Origin: Thermoanaerobaculia bacterium
GTDB taxonomy: Bacteria > Acidobacteriota > Thermoanaerobaculia > UBA5066
Direction of reading: 5' to 3'
Length of the DNA: 64,000 bases
NCBI GenBank assembly: GCA_963816185.1
Contig: CAWFJJ010000025.1
Span: 128,001-192,000, forward strand
Both the position numbers and the translations under genes were made by a program. Positions 1-13,787 of the stretch are shown here, in pieces. Within the stretch, counting starts at the first letter, position 1. Every line of letters starts with the position of its first letter. Below the pieces are notes generated by a model. The model was not told the DNA's origin and made no database searches. It saw only the letters and a list, made by a program, of their open reading frames with translations.

Positions 1-539
1 TTGCCGGATTGGTCGTGGGGAAGCCGGAAGCTGATCTCGAGGCGCGCACCGACGGGCTGAGGTTCGCTCGTCGCGGTGAAGAATCCCGACGAGGAGATAT
101 CGGTGACGCGGCCCTCGGTCGGGTGTCCGTCGCGCCAGATCGCGACAGGCGCCTCGACTTTCACGCGCGGCGCGGCGCGCTCGAGAAGGGTCACGAGCCG
201 TCGGACTTCGGCGAGCACTTCTTCGGGTGCGGCGCTTCCTGGGAAGACGTGGCCCGCCCCCGCGTTCCGGGCTACTTCGGCGCGGTCCGGCGGCGCCAGG
301 ACGAGAAGCGGGACGTCTCGCGCGGCCGGAGCGGCGCGCACCGCCCGGACGGTCTCGAGGGCACCCTCGGGATCCAGCTCGAGGTCGACGATGACGAGGG
401 AAGGACGGTGGGCGGCGACGGCGCGCACGGTCTCCTCCGCGGTGGCGACATCCAGGAGCTTCCAGTCGCTTCGCCGGAGCCAGGTCGGCCCCTCGGGGAG
501 GCGTCTCCGCGCGCCTTCGAGAAGAAGAATCGTCGGCAT
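1..539 (-). CDS. Receiver-like domain + PilZ domain protein (3' end runs off window)
   Basis: Own translation of minus strand from ATG at 539: MPTILLLEG...PSLVIVDLELD...RAAPRVKVEAPV...GRVTDISSSGFF; carries PilZ RxxxR and DxSxxG motifs after a degenerate receiver fold. Not in the ORF track as such. Confidence 0.75.
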   Translation of the reverse strand, partial: MPTILLLEGARRRLPEGPTWLRRSDWKLLDVATAEETVRAVAAHRPSLVIVDLELDPEGALETVRAVRAAPAARDVPLLVLAPPDRAEVARNAGAGHVFPGSAAPEEVLAEVRRLVTLLERAAPRVKVEAPVAIWRDGHPTEGRVTDISSSGFFTATSEPQPVGARLEISFRLPHDQSG

Positions 540-582
540 GAGCAAATTCGAGAGCGAGTCTCTCTTGCGAGTGTACCCGTTT

Positions 583-2460
583 TCACCAGGTCAGATTGAA
601 GCCGCCGGCGAACGTGCGCCGCGGCAGGGGGACCGAGGCGACCTCCTCGTACCGGACGTTGCCGAGATTCTCGCCGTCCACGAAGAACTCGAGGATGCGC
701 CCCTGGAAGGCCTGCCACGAGAGGCGCCCCGACAGGAGCCAGACGCCGTCCGCAAGACTCGGGCGGGAGAAGTACGACAGGCGCGAGGTGACCGAGAGTG
801 CGAGCGGAAGGGCGATGCCCGCGAGGAGGTCCCACTTCGCGTGGAGCGGGTCGAGCACGTACTTGCCCTCCGTCGCTCCGTCGGCCGCCGCCGACAGGCT
901 CGCAAGATCGACGAACGTGTACGCGGCCTGGACACGAAGCTGCGTCAGAAAGCCGGGCCGCCCCCGGGTCCAGTCGGCTGACGCCTCGACGCCGTCCGTC
1001 ACGACGTCCCGCACGTTCCGCGCGCGCCAGGGCTCGTCGGAGGACGTGCGCACGAAGTCGATCAAGTCAGTCGCGTGCCGGTGAAAGTAAGCGGCATCGA
1101 ATGTGGCCGCTCCGAGCGTGAGGGCGGCTCCGGCCTCGACGTGCCATGCCTTCTCGGGCCTCAGGTTCGCGTTGCCGACGTTCTGCGGGTCGACGTAATA
1201 GAGCTCCGTGAACGACGGGATACGGAAGCTCGACCCGAACGACGTGCGAAGGGTGATGGGTGCGGCGACGTCCCAGGCGACCCCCGCGTACGGGGAAAGG
1301 CGCGAGCCGAAACCCTGGTAGTCATCGGCGCGCAGGCCCGCGTGCACGCCGGCCGTCGAGGACGCGGCCGGGTCCCAGGCGCGCGCGAACTCGGCGAAGA
1401 GCGCGCCGTGATCGCGGCCATGGTTCCCGAGGTTTGTGGACGAGATCGACTCGCGCCCCGCTTCCACGCCGAACGCGAACGAGCCGCCGAGGAGCGCATG
1501 GCGCGCGGCCGTGCGCAGGACGGAGGTGACCGTGTCGTGGAGGTTCTCGTAGAACGACGGGTCGCTCCGATCGAGGACGAAGTCGTCGTGGTGCGCGCGC
1601 ACGGACGCCGAGGGCGTCAGCGTCCAGCCGCCGAGAGCGAGCGTCGAGGAGAGCCCCGCGGTGCGCGTGCGCGTCGACTCCTGCTGGTTCGGAAAGGCCG
1701 TTCCGTAGAACGCGTAGGCGCCGAAGTTCCGGTTCGCATAGCCGAGGCCCAGCGTCACGGGTCCAGCGCCCGTGTTCCAGCGGCCGGAAACGCGCAGGAG
1801 GCCGGAGGCGGACTCCGTGTCGTCGCGGAAACCGGAGTTCTCGGTCCGGTGCCAGTCGACCGCCGCCGAAAAAGCCTCGCTCATGCGGACCGCGGCGCGG
1901 GCGCCGCCCGTGTCGAGAGAGTTGCTGCCGTGGGCATAGCGGGTCTCGATCTCCATGTTCGATCGCCCGAGGTCTGCTCCGCGCGTCACGATGTTCACGA
2001 CCCCGCCGACCGCGTTCGAGCCCCACAGCGCGGAACCGCCGCCCGCGAGGACCTCGATCCGCTCGACGGCGCCGAGGGGCACGTCGAAATCGGCGGAGAG
2101 GTGGCCGCTCTGGGCATCGGTCATGGGCTGGCCGTCCACGAGGAGAAGCGTGCCGTTGAAGTCCGAGCCCCGGATCCCGACGTCGGCCTGCGTCCCGTCG
2201 AGGCCACGCCTCCTGACGTCGAGCCCGAGAATCGTCTGGAGCACGTCGGGAAGCGTGCGGACTCCCGGCATCGCGGCGATCTCCTCCCGAGTCACGATCC
2301 GGACGGTGGCGGAAGCGGGCGGGACGTCGAGGCGCGTCGCGACGACCGCCACCTCCTGCTTGACGCGTTCAGGGGAGCCCTCCTCCGGGGGCGCCTCTTG
2401 ACCGAAAAGCGGTCGCGAAACGAGCGCCGCGGCGAGCGCAACGCCGGCGACGATTCTCAT
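583..2460 (-). CDS. TonB-dependent outer-membrane receptor (BtuB/CirA-like)
   Basis: Signal peptide, plug motifs (GIRGS, LLLVDGQP, VERIEVLAGGGSALWGSNAVGGVVNI), NLRPE, ENL, C-terminal aromatic residue (FNLTW). Confidence 0.92.
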   Translation of the reverse strand: MRIVAGVALAAALVSRPLFGQEAPPEEGSPERVKQEVAVVATRLDVPPASATVRIVTREEIAAMPGVRTLPDVLQTILGLDVRRRGLDGTQADVGIRGSDFNGTLLLVDGQPMTDAQSGHLSADFDVPLGAVERIEVLAGGGSALWGSNAVGGVVNIVTRGADLGRSNMEIETRYAHGSNSLDTGGARAAVRMSEAFSAAVDWHRTENSGFRDDTESASGLLRVSGRWNTGAGPVTLGLGYANRNFGAYAFYGTAFPNQQESTRTRTAGLSSTLALGGWTLTPSASVRAHHDDFVLDRSDPSFYENLHDTVTSVLRTAARHALLGGSFAFGVEAGRESISSTNLGNHGRDHGALFAEFARAWDPAASSTAGVHAGLRADDYQGFGSRLSPYAGVAWDVAAPITLRTSFGSSFRIPSFTELYYVDPQNVGNANLRPEKAWHVEAGAALTLGAATFDAAYFHRHATDLIDFVRTSSDEPWRARNVRDVVTDGVEASADWTRGRPGFLTQLRVQAAYTFVDLASLSAAADGATEGKYVLDPLHAKWDLLAGIALPLALSVTSRLSYFSRPSLADGVWLLSGRLSWQAFQGRILEFFVDGENLGNVRYEEVASVPLPRRTFAGGFNLTW

Positions 2461-2504
2461 GGGCGGGAGGATAGCGGATGACTCCGGGGTTAAAGTGGGG
2501 ACGG

Positions 2505-3647
2505 ATGGATACCCTCACTCACGGCCTGGCCGGAGCCCTCCTCGCCCGCGCTCTGCCATCCACGGGGGACGAAACGCTCGACCGCACGCTCGCGCGGCGC
2601 GAGGCCTGGGTCGGCTTCGTGGCGGCGATGTTCCCGGACCTGGACGTCTTCGTGTCGCCGTTCTCCGCCGAGTTCTACATCACGCAGCACCGCGCGTTCA
2701 CCCACTCGTTCGTGACTCTTCCGATATGGGTCGTCCTCCTCACGGCGGTCGCCTCGATCCGTCTCTCGCCTGCGCTCGGCCCCCCCGGCACGCCCGGCCG
2801 GCGCACGGCGGTCCGGCGCCTGGGCGTCGTCGTCGCGCTCGCTCTCGCCTCGCACATTCTTCTCGACTGGATCACGTCGTGGGGCACGATGTTCCTGTCA
2901 CCGATTTCGTCGGCGCGCTTCGCGCTCGACTGGACTTTCATCCTGGACGCGGCCCTGACCGGGCTGCTGGTCCTCGGCCTCGTAGGGGTCCGCGCCGTCT
3001 CGAGGCGCTCGTTCCCGCGATCGCGAGTCGCGGCACGTGCGGGTCTCGTCGCGGTGACCCTCTATGTCGGTTTCTGTGGCATCCGCCATGGAGAGGCCGT
3101 GCGGCTCGGCGAGGCGCTCGCGCCCCGAGCCACGGAGCGCGCCGCGATTCCCCAGCCGGGATCTCCGGATCGATGGCTCCTCCTTTCGGACGACGGGCCC
3201 ACCGTGACCGCGACGTTCGTGGATCTCGGCAAGCGGGGCCGGGAGCTCGCGCGGCCTAAGGAAGCCGACGTGCTCGCGCGCACGGGATTTCGCGGTGGTG
3301 CCCTGAACCTCTTCCGCAATCTCGCGGGCGTCTACCGGTCGCGCGACGATCTCGCGCCGCGAGTCATCGAGAAGGCGAACGGTCCGTTCGCGAGGCTCAC
3401 GCTCGAGAACGGCATCGCCGGCGTGTTCGGCCGCTTCGCGCGATTCCCCGCCGCGCGCGAGAAGGTGCGGGGCGAATCCGTGGAGGTCCTGCTTCGGGAC
3501 GTGCGCTTCGGCTACCTGTCGAAGGAAGTCGACCCGTTCACGTACATCGTCCGGTATTCCCTCGGAGGCCGGGTTCTGTCCGCGGGATTCCCGTCGTCGC
3601 GCTGGAGCCACGAGGCCGCGCCGCGCGCCGTCGGCGCCGCGCACTAG
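2505..3647 (+). CDS. Inner-membrane metal-dependent hydrolase (YdjM/YbcI-like)
   Basis: MDTLTHGLAG...PDLD...HRAFTHS...SHILLDWITSWG motifs and TM segments. Confidence 0.85.
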   Translation: MDTLTHGLAGALLARALPSTGDETLDRTLARREAWVGFVAAMFPDLDVFVSPFSAEFYITQHRAFTHSFVTLPIWVVLLTAVASIRLSPALGPPGTPGRRTAVRRLGVVVALALASHILLDWITSWGTMFLSPISSARFALDWTFILDAALTGLLVLGLVGVRAVSRRSFPRSRVAARAGLVAVTLYVGFCGIRHGEAVRLGEALAPRATERAAIPQPGSPDRWLLLSDDGPTVTATFVDLGKRGRELARPKEADVLARTGFRGGALNLFRNLAGVYRSRDDLAPRVIEKANGPFARLTLENGIAGVFGRFARFPAAREKVRGESVEVLLRDVRFGYLSKEVDPFTYIVRYSLGGRVLSAGFPSSRWSHEAAPRAVGAAH

Positions 3648-3666
3648 GAGGCCATTCCTGGCCCGC

Positions 3667-4428
3667 ATGCCGGTTCTCTTCGTCGGCCACGGCTCGCCGA
3701 TGAACGCAATCGAGGACAACGAGTGGAGCCGCGGGTTTTCGTCCCTCGCGCCGCTCGTGCCATCGCCCGTCGCGATCCTTGCGGTGTCGGCGCACTGGGA
3801 ATCGGACGGCACGTTCACGACCCTGGACGACCCGCCGGCTACGATCCACGACTTCGGCGGGTTCCCGCCTGAGCTCTACGCGATGCGCTATCCGGCTCCC
3901 GGTGACCCTGCTCTCGCCGCGCACGCCGCCGGCCTCACGGGCGGCTCGCCGGCGGACGGCCGCGGCCTCGACCACGGGACGTGGTCCGTCCTCCACCCGA
4001 TGTTCCCGGCCGCGAACGTGCCCGTCGTTCAGCTCTCGTTGGACGTCCGGGCGACGGCCGGCGAGCACCTCGCGCGCGGCCGCGCGCTCGCGCCGCTTCG
4101 CGACGAGGGCGTGCTTCTCCTCGCGAGCGGGAACCTGACTCACGACCTGAGAGATGCCTTCTCACGCATGCGCCGCGGCGATCCCACGACGCCCGACTGG
4201 GCCGCGCGCTTCGATACGGACGTCGCGCGGGCGCTCGAGACGCGCGACGACGCATGGCTCGTCCATGCCCTCGAGACGCCCGACGGCCGCCGCGCGCACC
4301 CGACGGCGGAGCACTGGCTCCCGATCCTCTACGCCGCCGGCGCCGCGAACGCGCGCGACAGGGTGAGTTTTCCGATCACGGGGTTCGACCTCGGATCGCT
4401 CTCGATGCGGGCGGTGTTGTTCGGGTGA
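3667..4428 (+). CDS. ygiD: Extradiol ring-cleavage dioxygenase (LigB/4,5-DOPA dioxygenase family)
   Basis: FVGHGSPMNA, SAHW, TIHDFGGFP, GLDHGTW, SGNLTH, AHPTAEH motifs. Confidence 0.9.
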   Translation: MPVLFVGHGSPMNAIEDNEWSRGFSSLAPLVPSPVAILAVSAHWESDGTFTTLDDPPATIHDFGGFPPELYAMRYPAPGDPALAAHAAGLTGGSPADGRGLDHGTWSVLHPMFPAANVPVVQLSLDVRATAGEHLARGRALAPLRDEGVLLLASGNLTHDLRDAFSRMRRGDPTTPDWAARFDTDVARALETRDDAWLVHALETPDGRRAHPTAEHWLPILYAAGAANARDRVSFPITGFDLGSLSMRAVLFG

Positions 4429-4446
4429 GCCCGCGCCTTCAAGCTG

Positions 4447-5046
4447 CTACGCCGCCCCGTGGACCGCGATCTCGACCTTCGGCGGGTGCTCGAGAACGCG
4501 GGCCTCGACGTCGAGGAGCTCCTCGAGCCGTTTCGTTGCCGCCTCTTCGCCCGCGTGGGCGATCGCGAGGTCGAGGTAAATCGGGCCGTGCCTCTTCTCG
4601 GCCTCGGCGAGCTCCTCGTAGAGCTTCGCGAGGCGCGCGTCTCTCAGGTGGCCGAGAAGGCGCTCGAACCTCTCGCAGCTGCGCGCCTCGATGAGCGCGG
4701 CGACGAGCAGGAGGTCCAGGCCTTTCTCGGGCTCGCGCTCCTTCCGGCACGCGGCGCGGAGCTCGGCCACGTAGAAATTGCGCCGCGTCGTGAGCATCGG
4801 CGCGCCGAGTCGGCGCGCTTCGCGCGAGACCTTGCGGAAATGGCGCAGCTCCTCGGCCGCGAGCGCCGAAAGCCGGTCGACGAGAGCCGGGCTCCGCGGG
4901 TACGTTCCGACGAGCGAAAGAGCCTGCACCGAAGCCTGCAGCTCGCAGACGGCGTGATCGGCGACGAGTGCGGGCAGGTTCTCCACGGCCGTGACGCGCG
5001 CCGCCCACGACTCGGGAGTCCTCGACCTCAGGCGGATCGGAATCAC
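4447..5046 (-). CDS. miaE: tRNA 2-methylthio-N6-isopentenyladenosine hydroxylase MiaE-like (ferritin-like diiron)
   Basis: C-terminal part of ORF 4447..6420: DHAVCE, EELRHF, LIEARSCERF, EAEKRH; GTG start at 5046 overlaps the upstream stop. Confidence 0.8.
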   Translation of the reverse strand: MIPIRLRSRTPESWAARVTAVENLPALVADHAVCELQASVQALSLVGTYPRSPALVDRLSALAAEELRHFRKVSREARRLGAPMLTTRRNFYVAELRAACRKEREPEKGLDLLLVAALIEARSCERFERLLGHLRDARLAKLYEELAEAEKRHGPIYLDLAIAHAGEEAATKRLEELLDVEARVLEHPPKVEIAVHGAA

Positions 5047-6089
5047 AGAACGGGCGCGGAGGCGGAGTCCGAGGAGGCGTGGAGCGTGGCTGCCGCCGGA
5101 GCCGGGGATGACGCTCCTGTTTCCTTCGAACGCCTGAGATAAGCGGAAGCCGCGCCGAGGTGCCCCGCACGCGTCAGGATCCGGAGCACGACCACGAGCT
5201 GCTGGCCGGCGAAGATCAGAAAGAAATCGCCGGTCTGCCTGCCGTCCCAGACGGGGCCGAGGAACAGCCACACGAGGAGAGGCAAGACGCCGAGAGCGCC
5301 GAAAAGAACCTCGAGCGCCAGCGTGCGGACGGGCCGCCCGAGGACGAACCCGAGGCCGCGCATCAGGGCGGTCAGGGGGTTCGGGACTCCCTGACCCAGG
5401 GCCGCCCGCGCGTAGAGGACGACGAGCCGGATGTATCCCGCCACGAGCAGGAATGCGCCGAGCCGGAGAAGGAGGAGCCCGGTCGCCTCCCACTCGTAGC
5501 GCAGCTCGTCGGTCTCGTAGAGCGTGCCCGCCGCCGCGTAGACGAAGCGGTATGCGGCCAGGATGCCGGCGAGCGAAAGCGCTCCGAGGAGGACGGACGG
5601 GACCGCAAAACGTGCGGCGTCCGCCCCGAACGCTGCGAGGCTCGTGCGCTCGCGCTCGGCGCCGAAACGCCCGGCAAGACCGCCGGAGAAGAGGGCCGCC
5701 AGAAACGCCGTGAGCGCGCCAAAGCCCACGGCCGAGCCCGAAAGCCCGGACGTGCGGAAGAAACCCGAGAGGGGCGTCGGCCGCCCCGAAGCGCGTCGCT
5801 CCTGGCGTTCGCCCGTCACGGCCTCGTCCCATTTCGAGAGATCGCCGAGGACGTCGGGGCGCGTGCGCGAAAAAGACGCGAAGAAAGCGTGGAGGTCCGC
5901 GTTGCCGGCGGCGAGCCGCTCGGCCCACGGGCTCTTGTCGAGCGTCTGCCGGAGCGCGGACGTCAGCGGGTGCGTGAAGGCGAAGGCGAGCGCCGCATTC
6001 AGGACGAGGAAGAGAAGGAGCGACTTCCACGTCTCGAGGGCCGAGGCGAGACCGCGTGTCGCGAGGACGAGGACGGAATCGCGCCTCAT
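5043..6089 (-). CDS. Multi-pass membrane protein of unknown function
   Basis: C-terminal part of ORF 5043..7874 from ATG 6089 (MRRDSVLVL...), about 5 hydrophobic helices; coupled to the M1 peptidase stop. Confidence 0.7.
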   Translation of the reverse strand: MRRDSVLVLATRGLASALETWKSLLLFLVLNAALAFAFTHPLTSALRQTLDKSPWAERLAAGNADLHAFFASFSRTRPDVLGDLSKWDEAVTGERQERRASGRPTPLSGFFRTSGLSGSAVGFGALTAFLAALFSGGLAGRFGAERERTSLAAFGADAARFAVPSVLLGALSLAGILAAYRFVYAAAGTLYETDELRYEWEATGLLLLRLGAFLLVAGYIRLVVLYARAALGQGVPNPLTALMRGLGFVLGRPVRTLALEVLFGALGVLPLLVWLFLGPVWDGRQTGDFFLIFAGQQLVVVLRILTRAGHLGAASAYLRRSKETGASSPAPAAATLHASSDSASAPVL

Positions 6090-8107
6090 GCAACCCCCGC
6101 GAACCCCAGCATCGCAAAAAGCTCGAGGACGTTCTGCGCCCAGAAGCGCAGGCGAGCGGTCCAGCGGCGCGACGCGGCGGGCGCTTCCTCCGTGAGGCGT
6201 CCATTGTTGAGCGGGTTGGAATCGAGTAGGCACTTGCCGTCCGGATCGATCTCCACAGACAGGAGCTTCGGGCCCGTGGCGCGGTAGCGGATCCAGCGCG
6301 AGTCTGAGATCCACGGGCGGCGAACCCGCGTGCCGTCGGCGAAGCGCAGCTCGACGTCGACCGGCCACGACGCCTCGCCGAGCCGCTGGGCCACGGCGAT
6401 CGATTCCCAGCCGCCTGCATCGTCCTTCGGAATCACGAGCTTCCGCGCGTCGCCTTCGCCCGTATACCCCGTCAGAGGCCGCGCGCGGCGTGTGGAGGCC
6501 GACGTCACGGCGTAATCGACGGAACCCGCCGTGCTCCAGATCCCCGCGATCGCGCCGGCCGCCGCCTCGCCCGCGACCTCGCGAACGACCGCCAGAAAGT
6601 CCGCCGACGTCGGATGCCTGAAGGCCCAGCGGGTCGCGTACGTCTTCATGACATTCGTCCATGTCTTTTCGCCGAACGTGCGCTCGGCGGAGGCGAGGAG
6701 GAGGGCCGTGCGGCTGTAGGCGTTGACGCGCACGGCGTCGCCGTCGAGCTGGCGGAAGGACGGCACGTCCATCGCGTCCGACCGCGAAGCCTGGGCCCAG
6801 CGGCCGTAGCGCTCGCTCATCGCGAGCAGGGGCGGCACGGGCACGGAGGGGAACGCGACGGGGAGACCGAAAAAGCGCACGACGAGTGACGGGGCGCCGA
6901 ACGCGGCCATCTCCGTCCGGGCGGTCGCGTAGGTGTTGAAGCCCTCGTCGAGAGGCGCCTCCTCGAACTCGTTCGAGGCGAGCATTCCGTAGAAGACCTG
7001 ATGGCCGAACTCGTGAATCGTGACGCCTTCGGGCGAATGCGCGGCCGCGGGCGCGAGCCAGCGGGCGCCGCCCACGAAGAGCGTCGGGTACTCCATCCCC
7101 TCTGTGTGGCTGCCCCACGGCGGGTCCACGACAGTGACCAGCGGATAGGGATAGGGGACGTACCACGTGCCGTAATCCATGAGGGCGGCCTTGACGGCCT
7201 TGAGGTACCGGTCCCGCACGCGGCGGTGGTCGGGCTGCAGGAGGAGGAGGATGTCGACGTTGGGAAGGCCCGGCGCGCTGAACGTGTCGCGCACGACCTC
7301 GAAGCGCGGACAGGCCGTGAACGCGAAATCGTGCACGTCTTCCGCCGTGAAGCGCACGCGTACGAGGTCGCCCGGAATTTCGGTCTCCTCCTTGAGGACG
7401 CCCGTCGCGCCGACCCGGCCCTTGACGGCCTTCGGCAGCGTGAGCGTCACGTCGTAGTCGCCAAAGTCTGCGAAGAACTCGGTTGCGGCGTGAAACTGGT
7501 GCGCGTTCCATCCCTCGTCGGTGGCGACGCCCAGCTTCGGAAACCACTGCGCGCCGAGAAGGTAGTCGTCCTTCCAGCCCGTGCGCGCCACGGCGCGCGG
7601 AAACCGTCCCTCCCAGTCCACGCGGAAAGTGACCATCTCGCCGGGGCCGACCGGCCGCGGCAGCGCGACCGAGACGAGCGTCCGGTCTTCGGGATTGCCG
7701 TCGTCCGGAGAGAGGTACTGCAGCGACGGCGTCAGGTCGGTGCCGTCCTCGAGGGCGATGCGGTGGATCTCGGAAAAGCCCCACCGGCCCGCCTCCAGCC
7801 TGCGCACACCCCGATCGTTCCTTCCGCCGCCGCGCGTCTGCTCGGTGAGCCATGTGGAGCGGTCGTTCTTCCACGCGTTCAGGTAGAGGTGGAGCCGGAG
7901 GTCTTCGAACGAGAACTTCGTGCGGTTCGTGAAGCGCACGGTTTCCCTGCCTGTGATGGCGTGATCGGCATTGACCTGAGCCTCGATCGTGTAGGAGGCG
8001 ACCGGGGGAACGCGCGGACCACCTTCGGCGCGGGCCGATGCGAGGATCGCGACCGTCGCGAGGAGAGCGGAGGGGAGAGGCTTCCTCCGCGGGCGCAGGC
8101 TCGTCAC
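6086..8107 (-). CDS. M1 family zinc aminopeptidase, exported
   Basis: GMEYPT and HEFGH-x18-E (HEFGHQVF...LDEGFNTY) motifs; N-terminal signal peptide; start uncertain (8107 or 8164). Confidence 0.88.
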   Translation of the reverse strand: MTSLRPRRKPLPSALLATVAILASARAEGGPRVPPVASYTIEAQVNADHAITGRETVRFTNRTKFSFEDLRLHLYLNAWKNDRSTWLTEQTRGGGRNDRGVRRLEAGRWGFSEIHRIALEDGTDLTPSLQYLSPDDGNPEDRTLVSVALPRPVGPGEMVTFRVDWEGRFPRAVARTGWKDDYLLGAQWFPKLGVATDEGWNAHQFHAATEFFADFGDYDVTLTLPKAVKGRVGATGVLKEETEIPGDLVRVRFTAEDVHDFAFTACPRFEVVRDTFSAPGLPNVDILLLLQPDHRRVRDRYLKAVKAALMDYGTWYVPYPYPLVTVVDPPWGSHTEGMEYPTLFVGGARWLAPAAAHSPEGVTIHEFGHQVFYGMLASNEFEEAPLDEGFNTYATARTEMAAFGAPSLVVRFFGLPVAFPSVPVPPLLAMSERYGRWAQASRSDAMDVPSFRQLDGDAVRVNAYSRTALLLASAERTFGEKTWTNVMKTYATRWAFRHPTSADFLAVVREVAGEAAAGAIAGIWSTAGSVDYAVTSASTRRARPLTGYTGEGDARKLVIPKDDAGGWESIAVAQRLGEASWPVDVELRFADGTRVRRPWISDSRWIRYRATGPKLLSVEIDPDGKCLLDSNPLNNGRLTEEAPAASRRWTARLRFWAQNVLELFAMLGFAGVA

Positions 8108-8122
8108 GAGCGCGGATGCTAG

Positions 8123-11829
<3,707 letters not shown>

Positions 11830-11869
11830 GCGTATCGTCGAGGTTATCCTTCGCGGGACAGGAGGGTCG

Positions 11870-12085
11870 ATGGACATTCCGATGAAGGTCTACGTGACCT
11901 GCCCGCTCGCGGAGCTCAAACAGGTGCCCGGGATGCTCATCTCCGTCTCGCCGCACGGCTTCTACGAGATCAACCTGAACTACGGCTCGAACACGCACCT
12001 CATCCTGGTGCCGATCGAGGGGACCACGCTGACCGCGCAGGAGCCCGTCCTCAGCCCGGCGCCGAGCTTCGAGGTCGAGCGCTGA
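11870..12085 (+). CDS. Small hypothetical protein (71 aa, beta-rich)
   Basis: AGGAGG RBS upstream, high-GC3 codon usage, non-shadow amino-acid composition. Confidence 0.75.
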   Translation: MDIPMKVYVTCPLAELKQVPGMLISVSPHGFYEINLNYGSNTHLILVPIEGTTLTAQEPVLSPAPSFEVER

Positions 12086-13778
12086 CCGCGGCGAGGAGCA
12101 CGAGCCCGAGCAATCCGATGAGAAGGCCGTCGCGGACTCCGGGCGGGCGGTACGAGAAGGCGACTCGATGCGTGCCTGCAGGAAGCCGCACCCCGCGAAA
12201 GCAGACATCTGCGCGGAGCACGAGATCCGTCACTCCGTCGACCGTGACCTCCCACCCTCTCGAATAGGCGTCGAAGAAGACGAGAACGGATTTTGACGCG
12301 GTGCGCGTCAGAAACGTGACCCGCGAGGGCCTCCTCTCGACGAGCGTCACCGAAGTCGTGTCGGGCGCCTCGGAAGCGGTCCACGCCGGTCCCTCCTCGA
12401 GGATCGCGGTCCGCGACGGATCGAACGAAGGGCTCAGAAGGAGGCCGAGGGCGCGCTCCGAAGGGACGACTACCGTTTGGCGGACGAGGATCGCCCGCGG
12501 GAAAGGCTCCGGCGTCCGAACGACACGCGCTTCGGGAATCGGCGGCGCCTCCGTGTCCTCGTCGAAGTCCCCGGCCCCGCGGAGAACGATCCGGGACGCC
12601 CCCGCGAGCTGCGCGATTCGAAGGCCGCGGCTCTCGATCGCCTCCTCGGTCCGCGCGAGCGGAGGACCCGCCCCCTGGACCGACTCGAGCGAGAAGCGGC
12701 CGCCGGCGGCGTTGGCGAGCTCGTCGTATTTCCGAATCACGGTGACCCGTTCCGAGTCGGGCAGGAGGTGAACGGGCGCGGGAAGGCCGAAGGACCAGAA
12801 GCGGCGCGGAAAGCCCAGCGGATCGGGCGGGATTCGGGCCAGGTGCCGGGCGAGGAGAGGCCGCGCGCGATACGTTTGTTCGGGCACCGTCGGCGCGGCC
12901 CGCACGGTATGGGCGCCTAGGTCCACGGTAAGGAGCGCCACGGCGCCCCAGGCGAGAGCCCGGCCGCGCCGGAGCGAGGCCTCGAGCGCGGACAGGGCCA
13001 GCGCGGATCCGAAGGCAAGCGCGAGGCCGAAGCAGGACAGAAAACGGACGGGCGCGCGGAACCCTCGGAGCAGAGGCCACGAGGAGAAGAACCGGTAGGG
13101 ACCCGCATCGCCGAAGGCGAACGCGAAGCCGACCAGCGCGGCGGCGGAAAGGGCGAGGAAGAAGGGACGCGGGAACCCCGACGTGCGGCGGAAGAAAAGG
13201 GCGATGCCGACGAGAAAGAGCACGTCGGTGGCGATGCCCGGATAGCTCGCCGGCTCGGGCCAGCGCGAGAGACCATCGACGGGCAGCAAGACCTGGTCGA
13301 GCTCGGCGACCGGCATGGCCCCTACGTTTCGGGCGTCGAGCGGAAGGCCGCCGAATCGGGACGTCTCCGGAAAAGCGAGGGCCGTCGGGAGCAAGGACGG
13401 AGCGCCGAGAGCGGCCGCCAGAGCGGTTGCGACCCCGAGCTCGGCGAGGAATCGACGCCGGTTGCGCGCCTCCCAGAACAGCGCGGCGGCGCACGCCAGG
13501 AGAGTCGGAGCCGCTCCGAGAAGGCTGTGGGGGCGCGCCGCGAGAAGAGCGAGACCGCCCGACGCGGCGGTGAGCACGATCCCCGCACGATACCGTTCGG
13601 CGGCGATGAGGGCAATGCCGAGGAGGAGGAAGGGGAGAAGCGCCACGACGGCCACCGCGTTCGGCCAGATCACGCTTTGAAGAGTCCGAGCCGAGAGCCG
13701 CGAGGACGGCCGCGAAGAAGAAGGACGCGCGGAGGACCTCTCCGGCTCCCGATGCGGAACGCGGGATCCGCGGGGCAA
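12051..13778 (-). CDS. YfhO-family (GT-C-like) membrane protein
   Basis: Many TM helices, RAPVRF, C-terminal DAYSRGWEVTVDG...RADVCFRGVRLPAGTHRVAFSYRP typical of YfhO; start uncertain. Confidence 0.75.
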   Translation of the reverse strand: MPRGSRVPHREPERSSARPSSSRPSSRLSARTLQSVIWPNAVAVVALLPFLLLGIALIAAERYRAGIVLTAASGGLALLAARPHSLLGAAPTLLACAAALFWEARNRRRFLAELGVATALAAALGAPSLLPTALAFPETSRFGGLPLDARNVGAMPVAELDQVLLPVDGLSRWPEPASYPGIATDVLFLVGIALFFRRTSGFPRPFFLALSAAALVGFAFAFGDAGPYRFFSSWPLLRGFRAPVRFLSCFGLALAFGSALALSALEASLRRGRALAWGAVALLTVDLGAHTVRAAPTVPEQTYRARPLLARHLARIPPDPLGFPRRFWSFGLPAPVHLLPDSERVTVIRKYDELANAAGGRFSLESVQGAGPPLARTEEAIESRGLRIAQLAGASRIVLRGAGDFDEDTEAPPIPEARVVRTPEPFPRAILVRQTVVVPSERALGLLLSPSFDPSRTAILEEGPAWTASEAPDTTSVTLVERRPSRVTFLTRTASKSVLVFFDAYSRGWEVTVDGVTDLVLRADVCFRGVRLPAGTHRVAFSYRPPGVRDGLLIGLLGLVLLAAVSARPRSSAPG

Positions 13779-13787
13779 CAGGCGCGC

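Noticed and set aside
2461-2504. Cobalamin riboswitch upstream of the BtuB-like receptor
   Set aside because: Only about 45 bp separate the divergent starts; no room and no motif.
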